Assembly (NCBI GenBank): GCA_963635575.1
Contig: CAVHFU010000002.1
Location: 17,768-81,767 of the forward strand
DNA length: 64,000 nt
Origin: a bacterium
GTDB lineage: Bacteria; Bacillota; Clostridia; TANB77; RGIG9151
Direction of reading: 5' to 3'
A model generated the notes under the pieces. That model had not been told where the DNA came from. It was given only the letters and a program-made list of their open reading frames with translations, and ran no database searches. The position numbers and the translations under genes are program-made. Below, piece by piece: positions 37,274-48,136 of this stretch; the stretch's first letter is position 1; every line of letters begins with the position of its first letter.

Positions 37274-39508
37274 ATGAAAATAGTTGTAAATAATAAAAAT
37301 GAAAAAATTCCTAAAGAGTTAATAGAAGCTTGTAATAATGATAAAATAGTGGCCAAGGTTTTTTATAACAGAGGAATAAGAAATATAAAAGAATATAATG
37401 AAATTGTGAATGCTGATAATTATACTCCATATAATCCAAGTGACTTTCCGAGGATAAAAGAGGCTTGTGAAATAATTAGTGACTCTATAAAAATGGGAGA
37501 GAAAATTGCTGTATATGGCGATTATGATGTTGATGGTGTTACTGCTACATCGGTACTGGTTTTAGCATTAAAAAAACTTAATGCAGATGTTATATATCAT
37601 GTGCCGGATAGATTCTCAGAAGGGTATGGAATGAATGAGAATGTAGTAAGAGAATTGGCTAAAAGTGGAGTTAAGACGATTATAACTTGTGATTGTGGTA
37701 TTTCTAATTTTGATGAAATAAAATTGGCTAAGGAGCTTGGAATTAAGGTTGTTTTGACAGATCATCACACTATCGGAGACGATGTGCCTAATGCAGATGT
37801 TGTAATAAATTACAAAATGTTAAATGTTGAACATCCGGCGAGAAATATATCCGGTTGCGCGACTGCATATTATTTGGTATTAGCATTAAATGATTATTTA
37901 GGAAAGAAATCTGATGATTATACAGATTTAGTGGCACTTTCTACTATTTCTGATGTTATGCCACTAAGAGGTGAGAGTAGATTTTTATTCCAAAGAGGGT
38001 GCAAAAAACTTATTGATGGAGAACGACTAGGTGTAAGAGCATTATTTAAATATCTGTCTTCGCCTGTTACAAATGCAGACGATATAGGATTTCAAATTGC
38101 TCCTAGAATTAATGCTGTTGGGAGAATGGATACTGCAAGAACTGCTGTTGAGCTTTTCTTGACAGGAGATGAAAAATTGGCGGATGAACTTGCGCTTAAA
38201 ATTAATCAGTTTAATACAGAAAGAAAAAACATTCAAAACGATATTTATGAACAAGCAAAAGAACAGGTAGAGACGAAGAAACTTAACAAAAAAATTCTTG
38301 TTTTGTATGGGGAAGATTGGCATCATGGAATTATTGGAATTGTTGCCGGTAAGATATGTGAAGAGTATAAAAAGCCTTGTATAATTTTAACTACTAATGA
38401 TGATGGAGAAACATTGGTTGGGTCTGCACGTTCTACTGAGCATCTTAATATTTATGAAACATTAAAGAGTTTTAGCGAGGATTTAGTTAAATTTGGTGGA
38501 CATTCTCAAGCAGCAGGTCTGTCTCTTAAGTTAAAAAACTTAAACAAATTTACAAAAGAAATTGAAAATTATGCTGATTTATATCTTGAAGATGATTATG
38601 AAGAAAAAATATATGTAGATGCATTGTTACCGTTTGAAAGTGTAAATGAAGAATTGTTTGAAAATCTGAAACTGGGAGAGCCATATGGCGAGGCTTTTTC
38701 CACTCCTGTATTTGCAATGAATAATGTGGTTATATCTAAAGAAACTATAAATCAAGGTAAACATCATTTTTTGGTGCTAAAAGATGAAATGAAAAATGAG
38801 ATAGGAACAACTTTATGGAATTATGGCCCTGAAAAATTAGAAGGAAAAAAATGTACAATTATTTTTGGGATTTTCAAGGATACGTATAAAGAGAGAAATG
38901 AAATTAAGATTAAAGTTTACGAAATCTTTTTTGAGGATATTGAAATTGAAAATAATAAAATAGAAATAATTGATAGAAGAAATATATCTATTGAAAATGT
39001 AATGCAAGAATTTAAGAATTCCGAAATATATTATGAAGGCCCTATAATGTATAAGCCTAATTTACCTACGATAAATTGTAGTTATGATGAAAGAGTTAAT
39101 TCTTTGATATTGTATTCTTTGCCGAAAAGTAATAAAATCTTTAATAGAATTCTCGAGGATTTACATCCTGAGAAAATAATCTTGAATTATTCATACTTGC
39201 CTAAATATGATGTGGATAGTTTTACAAAGATGTTTTTAGGTGTTATAAAAAATGCAGTTAGAAATAAAAATGGGATTATTAGTATTGGTAAATTTGCTGA
39301 GATAATGCAAGTAGAAGAAGAATTTATAAATACTTTTAGCAAATTGCTTTCTGATTATGGGTATTTTGATTTTTGCAATATTGATGATTTTGAGATTAAG
39401 TACGAAATAAAGAAAAAAAATAAGAAGGATAATAAATTCTTAGAAAAGATAGTTATTAGGTATTTACATGAAAAAGAAGAATACGTAAAATATATGCTTA
39501 GTAAATAG
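37274..39508 (+). CDS. recJ: Single-stranded-DNA-specific exonuclease RecJ
   Basis: DHH motifs (IAVYGDYDVDGVTA, TDHH) and DHHA1 (GGHSQAAG). Confidence 0.8.
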   Translation: MKIVVNNKNEKIPKELIEACNNDKIVAKVFYNRGIRNIKEYNEIVNADNYTPYNPSDFPRIKEACEIISDSIKMGEKIAVYGDYDVDGVTATSVLVLALKKLNADVIYHVPDRFSEGYGMNENVVRELAKSGVKTIITCDCGISNFDEIKLAKELGIKVVLTDHHTIGDDVPNADVVINYKMLNVEHPARNISGCATAYYLVLALNDYLGKKSDDYTDLVALSTISDVMPLRGESRFLFQRGCKKLIDGERLGVRALFKYLSSPVTNADDIGFQIAPRINAVGRMDTARTAVELFLTGDEKLADELALKINQFNTERKNIQNDIYEQAKEQVETKKLNKKILVLYGEDWHHGIIGIVAGKICEEYKKPCIILTTNDDGETLVGSARSTEHLNIYETLKSFSEDLVKFGGHSQAAGLSLKLKNLNKFTKEIENYADLYLEDDYEEKIYVDALLPFESVNEELFENLKLGEPYGEAFSTPVFAMNNVVISKETINQGKHHFLVLKDEMKNEIGTTLWNYGPEKLEGKKCTIIFGIFKDTYKERNEIKIKVYEIFFEDIEIENNKIEIIDRRNISIENVMQEFKNSEIYYEGPIMYKPNLPTINCSYDERVNSLILYSLPKSNKIFNRILEDLHPEKIILNYSYLPKYDVDSFTKMFLGVIKNAVRNKNGIISIGKFAEIMQVEEEFINTFSKLLSDYGYFDFCNIDDFEIKYEIKKKNKKDNKFLEKIVIRYLHEKEEYVKYMLSK

Positions 39509-39520
39509 GAGGATGAAAAG

Positions 39521-40624
39521 ATGAAGAAATTTGTTAGTATTATTTTAAGCGTTTCACTTATTTTTAGTTTTGCTTTTGCAAATACAGAAGCGAATGTATC
39601 TAAGTTTGATACTGAAAAATTGGATTTATTTAGACAACTAATTCAAGATTTATACTATAAGGACGTTACGGACGAGCAATTATACGAGGCAGCATTAAAA
39701 GGAATGTTTCAATCTTTAGATAGATACAGTACTTATTATAATGAAGAAGAAACCTCAGAATTTTCCACAAGCGTTTCCGGTACATATTCCGGAATAGGTA
39801 TAAAATTTGAGGGTTATAACAATTATATGAGGGTTGTAAAGGTGTTTGTAAATACACCGGCCTATAATGTGGGAATGTTGGCGGGAGATTATATCACTAG
39901 TGTAAATGGTCAAAGCATTGAAGGTTGGTCTTCTAATAAGGTTGCATCTTTAATTAGAGGAGAGGCAGGAACAACAGTAGATTTAGAATTACTTAGAAAT
40001 TCTAGTGAAATTATTAAAGTGACTGTTGAAAGAGCGAATGTTCAAGCAGAATCTTGCGATTTTGAAGTTTTGGGCGTTGATAGCGATATTGGATATATAA
40101 AAATTGAAGAGTTTAATGCTAGCACAGGAGCTGAGGTAAATCAATATTTACATACGATGAAAGTTTTAGGAATGAACAAGGTTATACTAGATTTAAGAGA
40201 TAATCCCGGTGGATATGTGGATCAAGCTATATTAGTTGCTAGAAACTTCGTTCCAAAGGGAGTTATTACAACATTAAAGTATAAAGATGAAAATAAAGAA
40301 ACTCAACACAGGTCATATTTGACTGAAAAATATTTTAAGGTTGTTGTCTTGGTTAATGGAAATTCCGCATCTTCTTCTGAAATTTTGGTAGGGGCATTAA
40401 AGGATACCGAGAGTGCTGTTGTTGTTGGAACAACCACATATGGAAAGGGAGTTTTCCAAAATGTATATAATCTAAAAGATGGTGGTTCTATAAAGATCAC
40501 AACAGGAGCTTACTATACACCTAACGGAACTTGTATTGATAAAATTGGCATAGTTCCAAATGTTGTAGTTGAGAATGTAGAAGAACAATTACCGAGAGCA
40601 ATTGAAGAAGTAAATAAATTGTAG
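39521..40624 (+). CDS. S41-family C-terminal processing peptidase with PDZ domain
   Basis: Signal peptide, PDZ region, LDLRDNPGGYV, and a catalytic Ser/Lys region. Confidence 0.75.
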   Translation: MKKFVSIILSVSLIFSFAFANTEANVSKFDTEKLDLFRQLIQDLYYKDVTDEQLYEAALKGMFQSLDRYSTYYNEEETSEFSTSVSGTYSGIGIKFEGYNNYMRVVKVFVNTPAYNVGMLAGDYITSVNGQSIEGWSSNKVASLIRGEAGTTVDLELLRNSSEIIKVTVERANVQAESCDFEVLGVDSDIGYIKIEEFNASTGAEVNQYLHTMKVLGMNKVILDLRDNPGGYVDQAILVARNFVPKGVITTLKYKDENKETQHRSYLTEKYFKVVVLVNGNSASSSEILVGALKDTESAVVVGTTTYGKGVFQNVYNLKDGGSIKITTGAYYTPNGTCIDKIGIVPNVVVENVEEQLPRAIEEVNKL

Positions 40625-40780
40625 CAAAGAATGGCTGTAAAAACGAGTTTTTTACAGCTTGTTTTTGCTATTCTTGTGAGAAAAAGTAATTGACCATTAG
40701 CGTTTTTAGTGATATTATGGTATATCATAATTTAATATTACAGTTTTTCGTAATATTTTAATCTTTAAGGGGGAGTAGGA

Positions 40781-42061
40781 ATGATAGATATTAATTTAAT
40801 CCGTGAAAATCCGGAAGAAGTTAAAGCAAAACTAGCTAAAAAATTATACGATGTTGATTTTACAGAATTTTTAGAGAAAGACAAGGAAAGAAAGTCCTTA
40901 AGATATGAGAATGACTCCTTAAAGTCCGAAAGAAATAAAACATCTGCATTAGTTCCACAATTGAAAAAAGAAGGAAAAGATGCTACTGAAATAATTGAAA
41001 ATATGAAAAAACTTGGTGACAAGATTAAGGAAAATGATGATAAAATTGCTGAAATTGAAGCTGAATTACAATATTTCTTAGATTGTTTACCTAATTTACC
41101 TGCTGATGATTTATTACCTGGTGGAAAGGAAAATAATAAAGAGATAGACAGATGGGGAGAGAAACCGGTGTTTGACTTTGAGCCAAAGAACCATGTTGAT
41201 TTAGCCGAAAGTCTTGGCTTAATCGATTATAAAAGAGGAGCTAAACTAGGGGGAAATGGTTTTTGGGTTTATAGACATGATGGTGCTAAGCTTGAATGGG
41301 CTCTACTAAACTACTTTATAGAGACCCATATTGCTGATGGATATGAATTTGTATTATTACCACATTTGCTTACAAGAAAATGCGGATATGGTGCAGGTCA
41401 ATTCCCTAAGTTTGCTGAAGATGTATATCATCTAGATGCAGATAGTGAAAATAGTACACACTTCTTATTACCAACTGCCGAAACTGCACTTGTTAATATG
41501 CACAGTGATGAAGTTTTAGAAGAAGAAGATTTACCTATTAAGTATGCCGGATATACACCTTGTTACAGAAAAGAAGCAGGAAGCTATAGAGCAGAAGAAC
41601 GTGGAATGATTCGTGGACACCAATTTAATAAGGTAGAAATGGTTCAATACACAAAACCTGAGGATTCTCCAAAGGCTTTTGAGGAATTAGTTAATAAGGC
41701 TGCTGCTTTAGTTAGAGGCTTAGGACTTCATTACAGAATTTCTAAGTTAGCTGCTGCTGATTGTAGCCATGCAATGGCAAGAACTTGCGATATTGAAATT
41801 TGGATTCCTAGTATGAATGATTATAAAGAAGTAAGTTCTGTATCTAATGCGCATGATTATCAAGCTAGACGTAATAATACAAGATATAGAAATAAGGAAA
41901 CAGGAAAGCTTGAGTATGTTCATACATTAAATGGTTCTGGACTTGCTACAAGTAGAATATTACCTGCAATATTAGAGCAATATCAACAAGCAGACGGAAG
42001 TGTTAAAGTGCCTGAAGTTTTAAGAAAATGGGTTGGTAAGGACTATATTGGAAGAGATTAA
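40781..42061 (+). CDS. serS: Seryl-tRNA synthetase
   Basis: MIDINLIRENPEEVKAKL coiled-coil N-terminus plus class II motifs; 426 aa. Confidence 0.9.
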   Translation: MIDINLIRENPEEVKAKLAKKLYDVDFTEFLEKDKERKSLRYENDSLKSERNKTSALVPQLKKEGKDATEIIENMKKLGDKIKENDDKIAEIEAELQYFLDCLPNLPADDLLPGGKENNKEIDRWGEKPVFDFEPKNHVDLAESLGLIDYKRGAKLGGNGFWVYRHDGAKLEWALLNYFIETHIADGYEFVLLPHLLTRKCGYGAGQFPKFAEDVYHLDADSENSTHFLLPTAETALVNMHSDEVLEEEDLPIKYAGYTPCYRKEAGSYRAEERGMIRGHQFNKVEMVQYTKPEDSPKAFEELVNKAAALVRGLGLHYRISKLAAADCSHAMARTCDIEIWIPSMNDYKEVSSVSNAHDYQARRNNTRYRNKETGKLEYVHTLNGSGLATSRILPAILEQYQQADGSVKVPEVLRKWVGKDYIGRD

Positions 42062-42109
42062 TCTTTGGGGCGAGTATAATCGCCCCATTTGAGTATTAGG
42101 AGGTTTTTT

Positions 42110-43873
42110 ATGGAAACGATATTAAATAAAATTACAAATATTTTAGGTAAGGCTTTTTGTGAATGCGGATATGATTTTTCTTACGGAAAGACTACAGTTT
42201 CCGGAAGACCGGATTTATGCCAATTCCAATGCAACGGAGCTATGGTTGGTGCGAAAGCATACAAAAAAAGTCCAATGCAAATTGCAAATGAAGTTATAGA
42301 AAAAATGGATAAAACTTTGTTTGAAAAGGTTGAAATTGCACCTCCCGGATTTATAAATATGACGTTAACAGACAATGCGATAGTTGAGACAATCTTAAAG
42401 ATGGAGGGCGATAATGATTTAGGAATATGCAAAGTAAATGATAATGAAACTGTTGTTGTTGACTATGGCGGACCTAATGTTGCAAAGCCTCTTCATGTAG
42501 GGCATTTACGTTCTGCGATTATTGGTGAGGCTATAAAGCGTATGGCAAAAGCACTAGGCTACAATGCAATTGGTGATGTGCATTTAGGAGATTGGGGACT
42601 TCAAATGGGACTTATTATAAGCCAATTCGCTGAGGAAAACCCGGATAGCAAGTATTTAGATGAGAATTATACCGGTGAATATGAAAAATTAAATATTTCT
42701 ATGGATTATCTAAATGAAATTTATCCAAAGGCAAGTAAAAGAAGTAAAGAAGATGAAGAGTTTATGGCTATTGCACAGAAGGCTACTTTTGATCTTCAAA
42801 ACGGTAGACGCGGATATGTTGCTCTTTGGAAAGAAATTATGAGAATTTCAGTTACCGATTTAAAAGGAAGCTATGATAAGCTTAACGTAAGCTTCGAATA
42901 TTGGTATGGAGAAAGCGATGCGGATAAATATATTCCTGATATGGTAAATAAGTTTATTAAAGATGGTTTTGCATATGAGAGTGAAGGAGCTTTGGTTATT
43001 GATGTTGAAAAACCGGACGATAAAGCACCTATGCCACCAATTTTAATTAGAAAGAAAAATGGGGCACAAATTTATGCAACTACTGACTTGGCAACAATTG
43101 TTCAAAGAATGCAGGATTTTAATCCAAGCATGATTTTATATGTTGTAGATAACAGACAAGGATTACATTTTGAACAGGTATTTAGATGTGCAAGAAAAAC
43201 AGGAATTGTACCTTCTAATGTAATTCTAGAGTTTGATGGATTCGGTACTATGAACGGAAAAGACGGAAAGCCATATAAGACAAGAGAGGGCGGAGTAATG
43301 AAATTACATGACCTAATTGAAACGGTATGTGGTTCTGCGTTAAGTAAAATGGAAGAAGCTAAAACGGGTGTAGATTTATCTGATGAAGAGAAAAAGGAAA
43401 CTGCACTAAAAGTTGGAATTGCTGCTCTTAAGTTTGGAGATTTAATAAATTATAGGTCAAAGGATTACATATTTGATTTGGATAAATTTATGTCATTTGA
43501 GGGAAAAACAGGACCTTATCTACTTTATACAAGGGTTAGACTTAATTCTATTTTAAATAAGGCTAAGGAAAGAGGCTTTAAGGTCGGAGAGATAGGTTTA
43601 CCACAAACTGATGTTGAAAGAGATATAATGTTAAAAATCTCTACTATGAATGAAGTTTTATGGCAATCATTTAATGATAGAGCTCCGAGTGGAATTTGCG
43701 AAAATGCTTATCAAATTGCGTCACTTGCTAACAGATTTTATTATGAAAATAAAATTTTGTCTGAAGAAGATGAAACAAGACGAGGAAGTTTACTTGCATT
43801 AAGCCGATTCATATTAAGAGTTTTAAAATTACATATGGATATTTTGGCAATAGATGTGCCTGAAAGAATGTAA
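42110..43873 (+). CDS. argS: Arginyl-tRNA synthetase
   Basis: Class I HVGH motif (PNVAKPLHVGHLRSAIIG) and anticodon-binding C-terminus. RBS AGGAGG before ATG 42110. Confidence 0.9.
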   Translation: METILNKITNILGKAFCECGYDFSYGKTTVSGRPDLCQFQCNGAMVGAKAYKKSPMQIANEVIEKMDKTLFEKVEIAPPGFINMTLTDNAIVETILKMEGDNDLGICKVNDNETVVVDYGGPNVAKPLHVGHLRSAIIGEAIKRMAKALGYNAIGDVHLGDWGLQMGLIISQFAEENPDSKYLDENYTGEYEKLNISMDYLNEIYPKASKRSKEDEEFMAIAQKATFDLQNGRRGYVALWKEIMRISVTDLKGSYDKLNVSFEYWYGESDADKYIPDMVNKFIKDGFAYESEGALVIDVEKPDDKAPMPPILIRKKNGAQIYATTDLATIVQRMQDFNPSMILYVVDNRQGLHFEQVFRCARKTGIVPSNVILEFDGFGTMNGKDGKPYKTREGGVMKLHDLIETVCGSALSKMEEAKTGVDLSDEEKKETALKVGIAALKFGDLINYRSKDYIFDLDKFMSFEGKTGPYLLYTRVRLNSILNKAKERGFKVGEIGLPQTDVERDIMLKISTMNEVLWQSFNDRAPSGICENAYQIASLANRFYYENKILSEEDETRRGSLLALSRFILRVLKLHMDILAIDVPERM

Positions 43874-43879
43874 AATCAA

Positions 43880-44395
43880 AAAAGATTTCCTTTCCACCGC
43901 TTTATTTATTATCCTTATCGATTGGCTTCTTTCAGTTTACTCGATTGTTTTGCCTTGGATATATAACGAAAATAAAGCAGTTTGATACGGTTTTTGTTCA
44001 ATCCGCTTTTGATAAGTATAAAATTAAGGTTACGATTGAACAGCCTGGCAAAGATAGCATTGTCATTACTCCATATAAAGGATAAAAAACCTGCAGTTGA
44101 GTTCTATCTTCTGCAGGTTTTTACTCATATTTTGTTATAATCATCTTCTTCATATCTTTATGTTTATTTTTACTTGAAAATACACTCGGATTTCTAAAAG
44201 GAAATTTCTTTAATTTATTTATACATTTGATCTATTCTACTTACCGCTTTATCAAGCTCAATTGCATTTTCCATATTTTCATATCCTTCATCTTTCATTT
44301 TCATAAGTTGTTCTTCATTTATTATCCCCTTTAGATCAAGCAATAAAAGAAGGATTGATTACAATTAATCCTGCAATGATTGTCAATTTTCAATC
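43880..44395. pseudogene. Decayed gene fragments, including a tyrosine-recombinase N-terminal remnant
   Basis: No intact ORF. A plus-strand fragment ...LDQAIKEGLITINPAMIVN resembles the integrase core-binding motif. Other short stop-interrupted pieces; internal terminator at ~44085-44120. Confidence 0.35.
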
Positions 44396-44397
44396 CA

Positions 44398-45687
44398 TTA
44401 TCTATTCATTTCATATCTTGTACTTGGTCCATTTCCGATTTTGACTAAAACACCATTTTCAACTAATTTATTTAATATTGTTGAGGTGGTTGTCTTTTCT
44501 TTATTAATTAGTGTTTGAGCATTAATTCTTGTTATAGAGCCATTCTTTTCAATATATTTTACAATTATATCCATGTCACCCTTTCTATTGTTTTGTATAG
44601 TAACATTATTCAATGATATTTTAGGTAATCTTACAACAAATGATGACGGCAATACATTTATCTCAAAATTTAATTCAATCTTATTATAATATGATTTTAC
44701 TCTTCTTAATCCACTTCCTATTGCTTCTACCCTCTTTATTCTCATAAAAATAGATTGCAAGTAAGGATTTCTTGAAGTTGATAGACCTGCTAGTATATCA
44801 TCAATTGTTATGTTTCCATATAAAGATCCAAAACTAATAACTTCTATTCCGTCATTTTTATATAAATTAAGTATATTAGATGTTAATGTTCCATAATCTC
44901 TGTGTATAAGGGAATTTAGCACTATTTCTCTTAAAATAAAGTCTGGATATTCTTCAATATCTTCTCTAACGCTCGTGTTAATCAATCCATATGTTGCTGT
45001 ATTATTTTTTAAATAATCAATTATAGTGTCATAAATTTCCAAGACTGATCCTTTAAATTCTTTCCTATCTAAAAAATTATTCTTTTCATTTGATTGATAC
45101 ACAGCTAATTTGAATGTAAATGGATTTTGGTCAGAAAACAATAATCCTAAGTTTGTATATTTTTGATTTGCAGTAAAATGCAAATTTTCTTTTATATTAT
45201 TTTCACTTATATTAATATTATTTTCTTCTAAGGCTTTACTAATATAATCAAAAGTTAATTCCTGATTGCTTGAAATTGATGTTTCAAATGATAGACTACT
45301 ATTTTTTATTATCATTTGTTTCACTGTTTCTTCTGTTGCTGGGATCGAACATGAGCCAGTTCTTAAGTATGTCCCTTTTACAATTCCTTTTTCTTTAAGA
45401 TAGTAAATATCAATTCCTTTTGAAACTTTTATAATAATATATTCTTTATCTTCAATTTTTTCTGTATTTATCGAAATAAAAATTCTAGCATCTGGAGATA
45501 TATTTGTTCGTATGCCATTAGAAATCTTTTCTTCAATGTCCTTGCAATTATCCAGTCCTATTAAATTTCCATTATCATCATATCCAATATATATGGTCCC
45601 AGAATTTGTGTTCAAAAAAGCTATAATCTCTTTATATATTTTTTCTGTATAATTTTCTTTAAATTCTATTGATTCATTCTTATTCAT
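44398..45687 (-). CDS. AlbA_2 (Schlafen-like) + HATPase_c_4 domain protein (RecG-C-terminal-like putative regulator/defence ATPase)
   Basis: N-terminal ESIEFKENYTEKIYKEIIAFLNTNSGTIYIGYDDNG (AlbA_2). Central REIVLNSLIHRDY (HATPase_c_4). C-terminal wHTH. Start at second ATG with GGAGGT RBS. Confidence 0.6.
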   Translation of the reverse strand: MNKNESIEFKENYTEKIYKEIIAFLNTNSGTIYIGYDDNGNLIGLDNCKDIEEKISNGIRTNISPDARIFISINTEKIEDKEYIIIKVSKGIDIYYLKEKGIVKGTYLRTGSCSIPATEETVKQMIIKNSSLSFETSISSNQELTFDYISKALEENNINISENNIKENLHFTANQKYTNLGLLFSDQNPFTFKLAVYQSNEKNNFLDRKEFKGSVLEIYDTIIDYLKNNTATYGLINTSVREDIEEYPDFILREIVLNSLIHRDYGTLTSNILNLYKNDGIEVISFGSLYGNITIDDILAGLSTSRNPYLQSIFMRIKRVEAIGSGLRRVKSYYNKIELNFEINVLPSSFVVRLPKISLNNVTIQNNRKGDMDIIVKYIEKNGSITRINAQTLINKEKTTTSTILNKLVENGVLVKIGNGPSTRYEMNR

Positions 45688-45948
45688 GCTATTTACCTCC
45701 ATTTCATATCGTTCAATCGCTCAAAAATATCGTTCAACCGTTCAATCGTAGTATAACACATTTATTGTAAATTATACAGATATATTTAAAATATTGTAAC
45801 AAAAGAGATATTCGCGTAAATTGAAAAATTAATTTTCTCCCATTCTATATCTTCCATCCCAATGACTGTCAAATCCACCTAAAGTAGGGTAGAAACCAAA
45901 AAAATAAAACCTTACAAGCCGTACGCCTGTAAGGTTTTATCAAATCTT

Positions 45949-46025
<77 letters not shown>

Positions 46026-46146
46026 ATGTTTACTATAATAGAATATCACTGTTTTGTTATATTGTCAATAACTATCGTAAAAAAATTACCGGCGTGGTTT
46101 TGGCATCGATATATTACAATATATGAATAGTAAAATAAAATGTTAA

Positions 46147-46713
46147 TTACATTTGATTAATTGTTACAGTTAAAGTGTCGTTATCTATACTGGCGGAGAT
46201 TTTTAAATTACTGTTACTATTATTTTTTATTTTTAAGTCTTCAACATCATAAGATACTGATGCGTCTTTTCCATCTTCTACATATGTGACATCTCGGCTA
46301 TGCTGATGACGTTCGGTTATTTCAAGTCCGGCATTTAATGCAGCGTTATATAATGTAGAACTGATTTGGCATACTCCACCACCGTATCCATCTATTTTAT
46401 TTCCATGCCCATCAAAAATTATAGCTTTTTTGAAACCTGTTTCTTCGGTTCTTGGGCCAATTTGAAAATTAAAAGAAAATTCTTCCCCTGCTTTTATTGT
46501 TGCCCTGTTTAGCTTTTCTGTTCCTACTTTTATATTATTTAATCTTTCTGGCTTTTTGTCTGTAATTTTCGTTGAAAATGTTCCATAAATTTTTTGCGGT
46601 GTAGGTGTTGCTAACTGGTTGGTTTTATAATTTATTTGTTCATTATTGCTGCTGTTATTATTACAGCCTGTTAGTAAAATTATGACTATTATTAAAACTG
46701 ATAAAATTTTCAT
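46147..46713 (-). CDS. VanW-family lipoprotein
   Basis: Lipobox LLTGC; GGGVCQISSTLYNAALNAGL VanW-domain motif. Confidence 0.6.
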   Translation of the reverse strand: MKILSVLIIVIILLTGCNNNSSNNEQINYKTNQLATPTPQKIYGTFSTKITDKKPERLNNIKVGTEKLNRATIKAGEEFSFNFQIGPRTEETGFKKAIIFDGHGNKIDGYGGGVCQISSTLYNAALNAGLEITERHQHSRDVTYVEDGKDASVSYDVEDLKIKNNSNSNLKISASIDNDTLTVTINQM

Positions 46714-46834
46714 ATATTTAAATTCCTTTCACTATTTTAATTGTATTTTTAGTAATTTTCATAAAAAAATACATAGAAACAATTGGACGAACATAGAATG
46801 TACTGTGATACAAGTTTGAAAGCGAGGTATAAAA

Positions 46835-47671
46835 ATGGAACAGACAGTCCGAAGAATAGAGAGTCCATACAGAGTTCAAAATAGAAGAAGTGAATCGACG
46901 GAAAAAATCCTTAAATACTGGTCAAAGTTTATTATTCAGACAATAATAAGTGCCGTGATATTGGTTGCGTTTTTATATTGTAGAAGTGTAAATGCAATAA
47001 CTACTTCTACCTTTTGGGAAAAAACAACTGCAATTTTGGAGAATGATATTAGTGTTGAGGATATGAAAAATGGAATTGAAAAGGGAATGGAATATGTTAA
47101 AATTATAGTTCCTAAAATTTTAGAAAGTGAAGAAATAAAAAATAAAGAGATACCAAATGAAAATCAAAATGCTAATGATAATTCCGAAAATAATACGGAT
47201 ATAACGGAGCAAACTGAAAATGATAAAACTTATGATACAAAAGATATGGCACAAGAAGAGAAAGATATATATGATATTTTAAATGTAATGACGGTGTTAA
47301 GACCTGTAAACGGTGAAATTTCTTCATCTTTTGGCGACAGAATTGACCCTATAACAAAAAAGGCGGGAGTACATACAGGAACTGATTATGCAGTGGCAGT
47401 TGGAACGCAGGTAAAGTCCGCTATAACAGGTACGGTAGTTGAGGTTGAGAAGAATAATGCTTCATTTGGAAATTTTGTTAGAGTGAAAAATTCGGATATA
47501 ATTACAACATATGCACATTGTTCTACTATAAAGGTTAAAGAGGGCGACAAAGTAAAACAAGGGGATATTGTTGCACTTTCGGGAAATACCGGAAAAACCA
47601 GTGGACCACATTTGCATTTTGAAGTTAGTAAGGATGGCAGACTTATAAATCCGGAGAAATTAACCAATTAA
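46835..47671 (+). CDS. M23-family (LytM) metallopeptidase with N-terminal TM anchor
   Basis: HTGTDYAVAVGTQV...GNTGKTSGPHLHFEV intact HxxxD/HxH metal-ligand motifs. Confidence 0.75.
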   Translation: MEQTVRRIESPYRVQNRRSESTEKILKYWSKFIIQTIISAVILVAFLYCRSVNAITTSTFWEKTTAILENDISVEDMKNGIEKGMEYVKIIVPKILESEEIKNKEIPNENQNANDNSENNTDITEQTENDKTYDTKDMAQEEKDIYDILNVMTVLRPVNGEISSSFGDRIDPITKKAGVHTGTDYAVAVGTQVKSAITGTVVEVEKNNASFGNFVRVKNSDIITTYAHCSTIKVKEGDKVKQGDIVALSGNTGKTSGPHLHFEVSKDGRLINPEKLTN

Positions 47672-47687
47672 AAGAGGTCGTGATTTA

Positions 47688-48101
47688 ATGTTGTTTAGAA
47701 TTAACAAGGTATATGTCTCTATCAGTATATATTTTTTTGCAATGATTATTTGGGTTATATTTTTTCATAGAGTTAACGAATTTATATATTGCCTTGGTGC
47801 ACTTTTTCTACATGAATTAGGACATATTTTTATGATTTATCATTTGAAAGAAAAAATAAGTGTGTTTTATATAATTCCCTTTGGCTTTTCTTGCAGGTTA
47901 AAAAATCAAAGTAAAATAAAAAAAAATAAGATATTTAAAATAATATTGGCAGGTCCTGTAATGAGTTTTACTGTTGCAGGACTTGTTTTTTTATGGACAA
48001 AGGAATTTGCATTAGTGAATTTGATTATTGGGATTTTTAACCTTATTCCGATAGGAAATTTAGACGGTGGAAGAATATTTAGAATTTTAATGCAAAGTTA
48101 A
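47688..48101 (+). CDS. Small M50/site-2-protease-like membrane metalloprotease (SpoIVFB-like core, no CBS domain)
   Basis: HELGH within a TM helix and NLIPIGNLDGGRI (LDG motif). Only 137 aa. Confidence 0.5.
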   Translation: MLFRINKVYVSISIYFFAMIIWVIFFHRVNEFIYCLGALFLHELGHIFMIYHLKEKISVFYIIPFGFSCRLKNQSKIKKNKIFKIILAGPVMSFTVAGLVFLWTKEFALVNLIIGIFNLIPIGNLDGGRIFRILMQS

Positions 48102-48136
48102 AGAAAATGTGTTACAATAAACATGGTGATTTTTGA

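Noticed and set aside
40625-40780. Possible T-box riboswitch upstream of serS
   Set aside because: Only ~155 nt. No T-box consensus (AATTAGGGTGG-like) or specifier architecture. The hairpin present is the terminator of the upstream peptidase gene.
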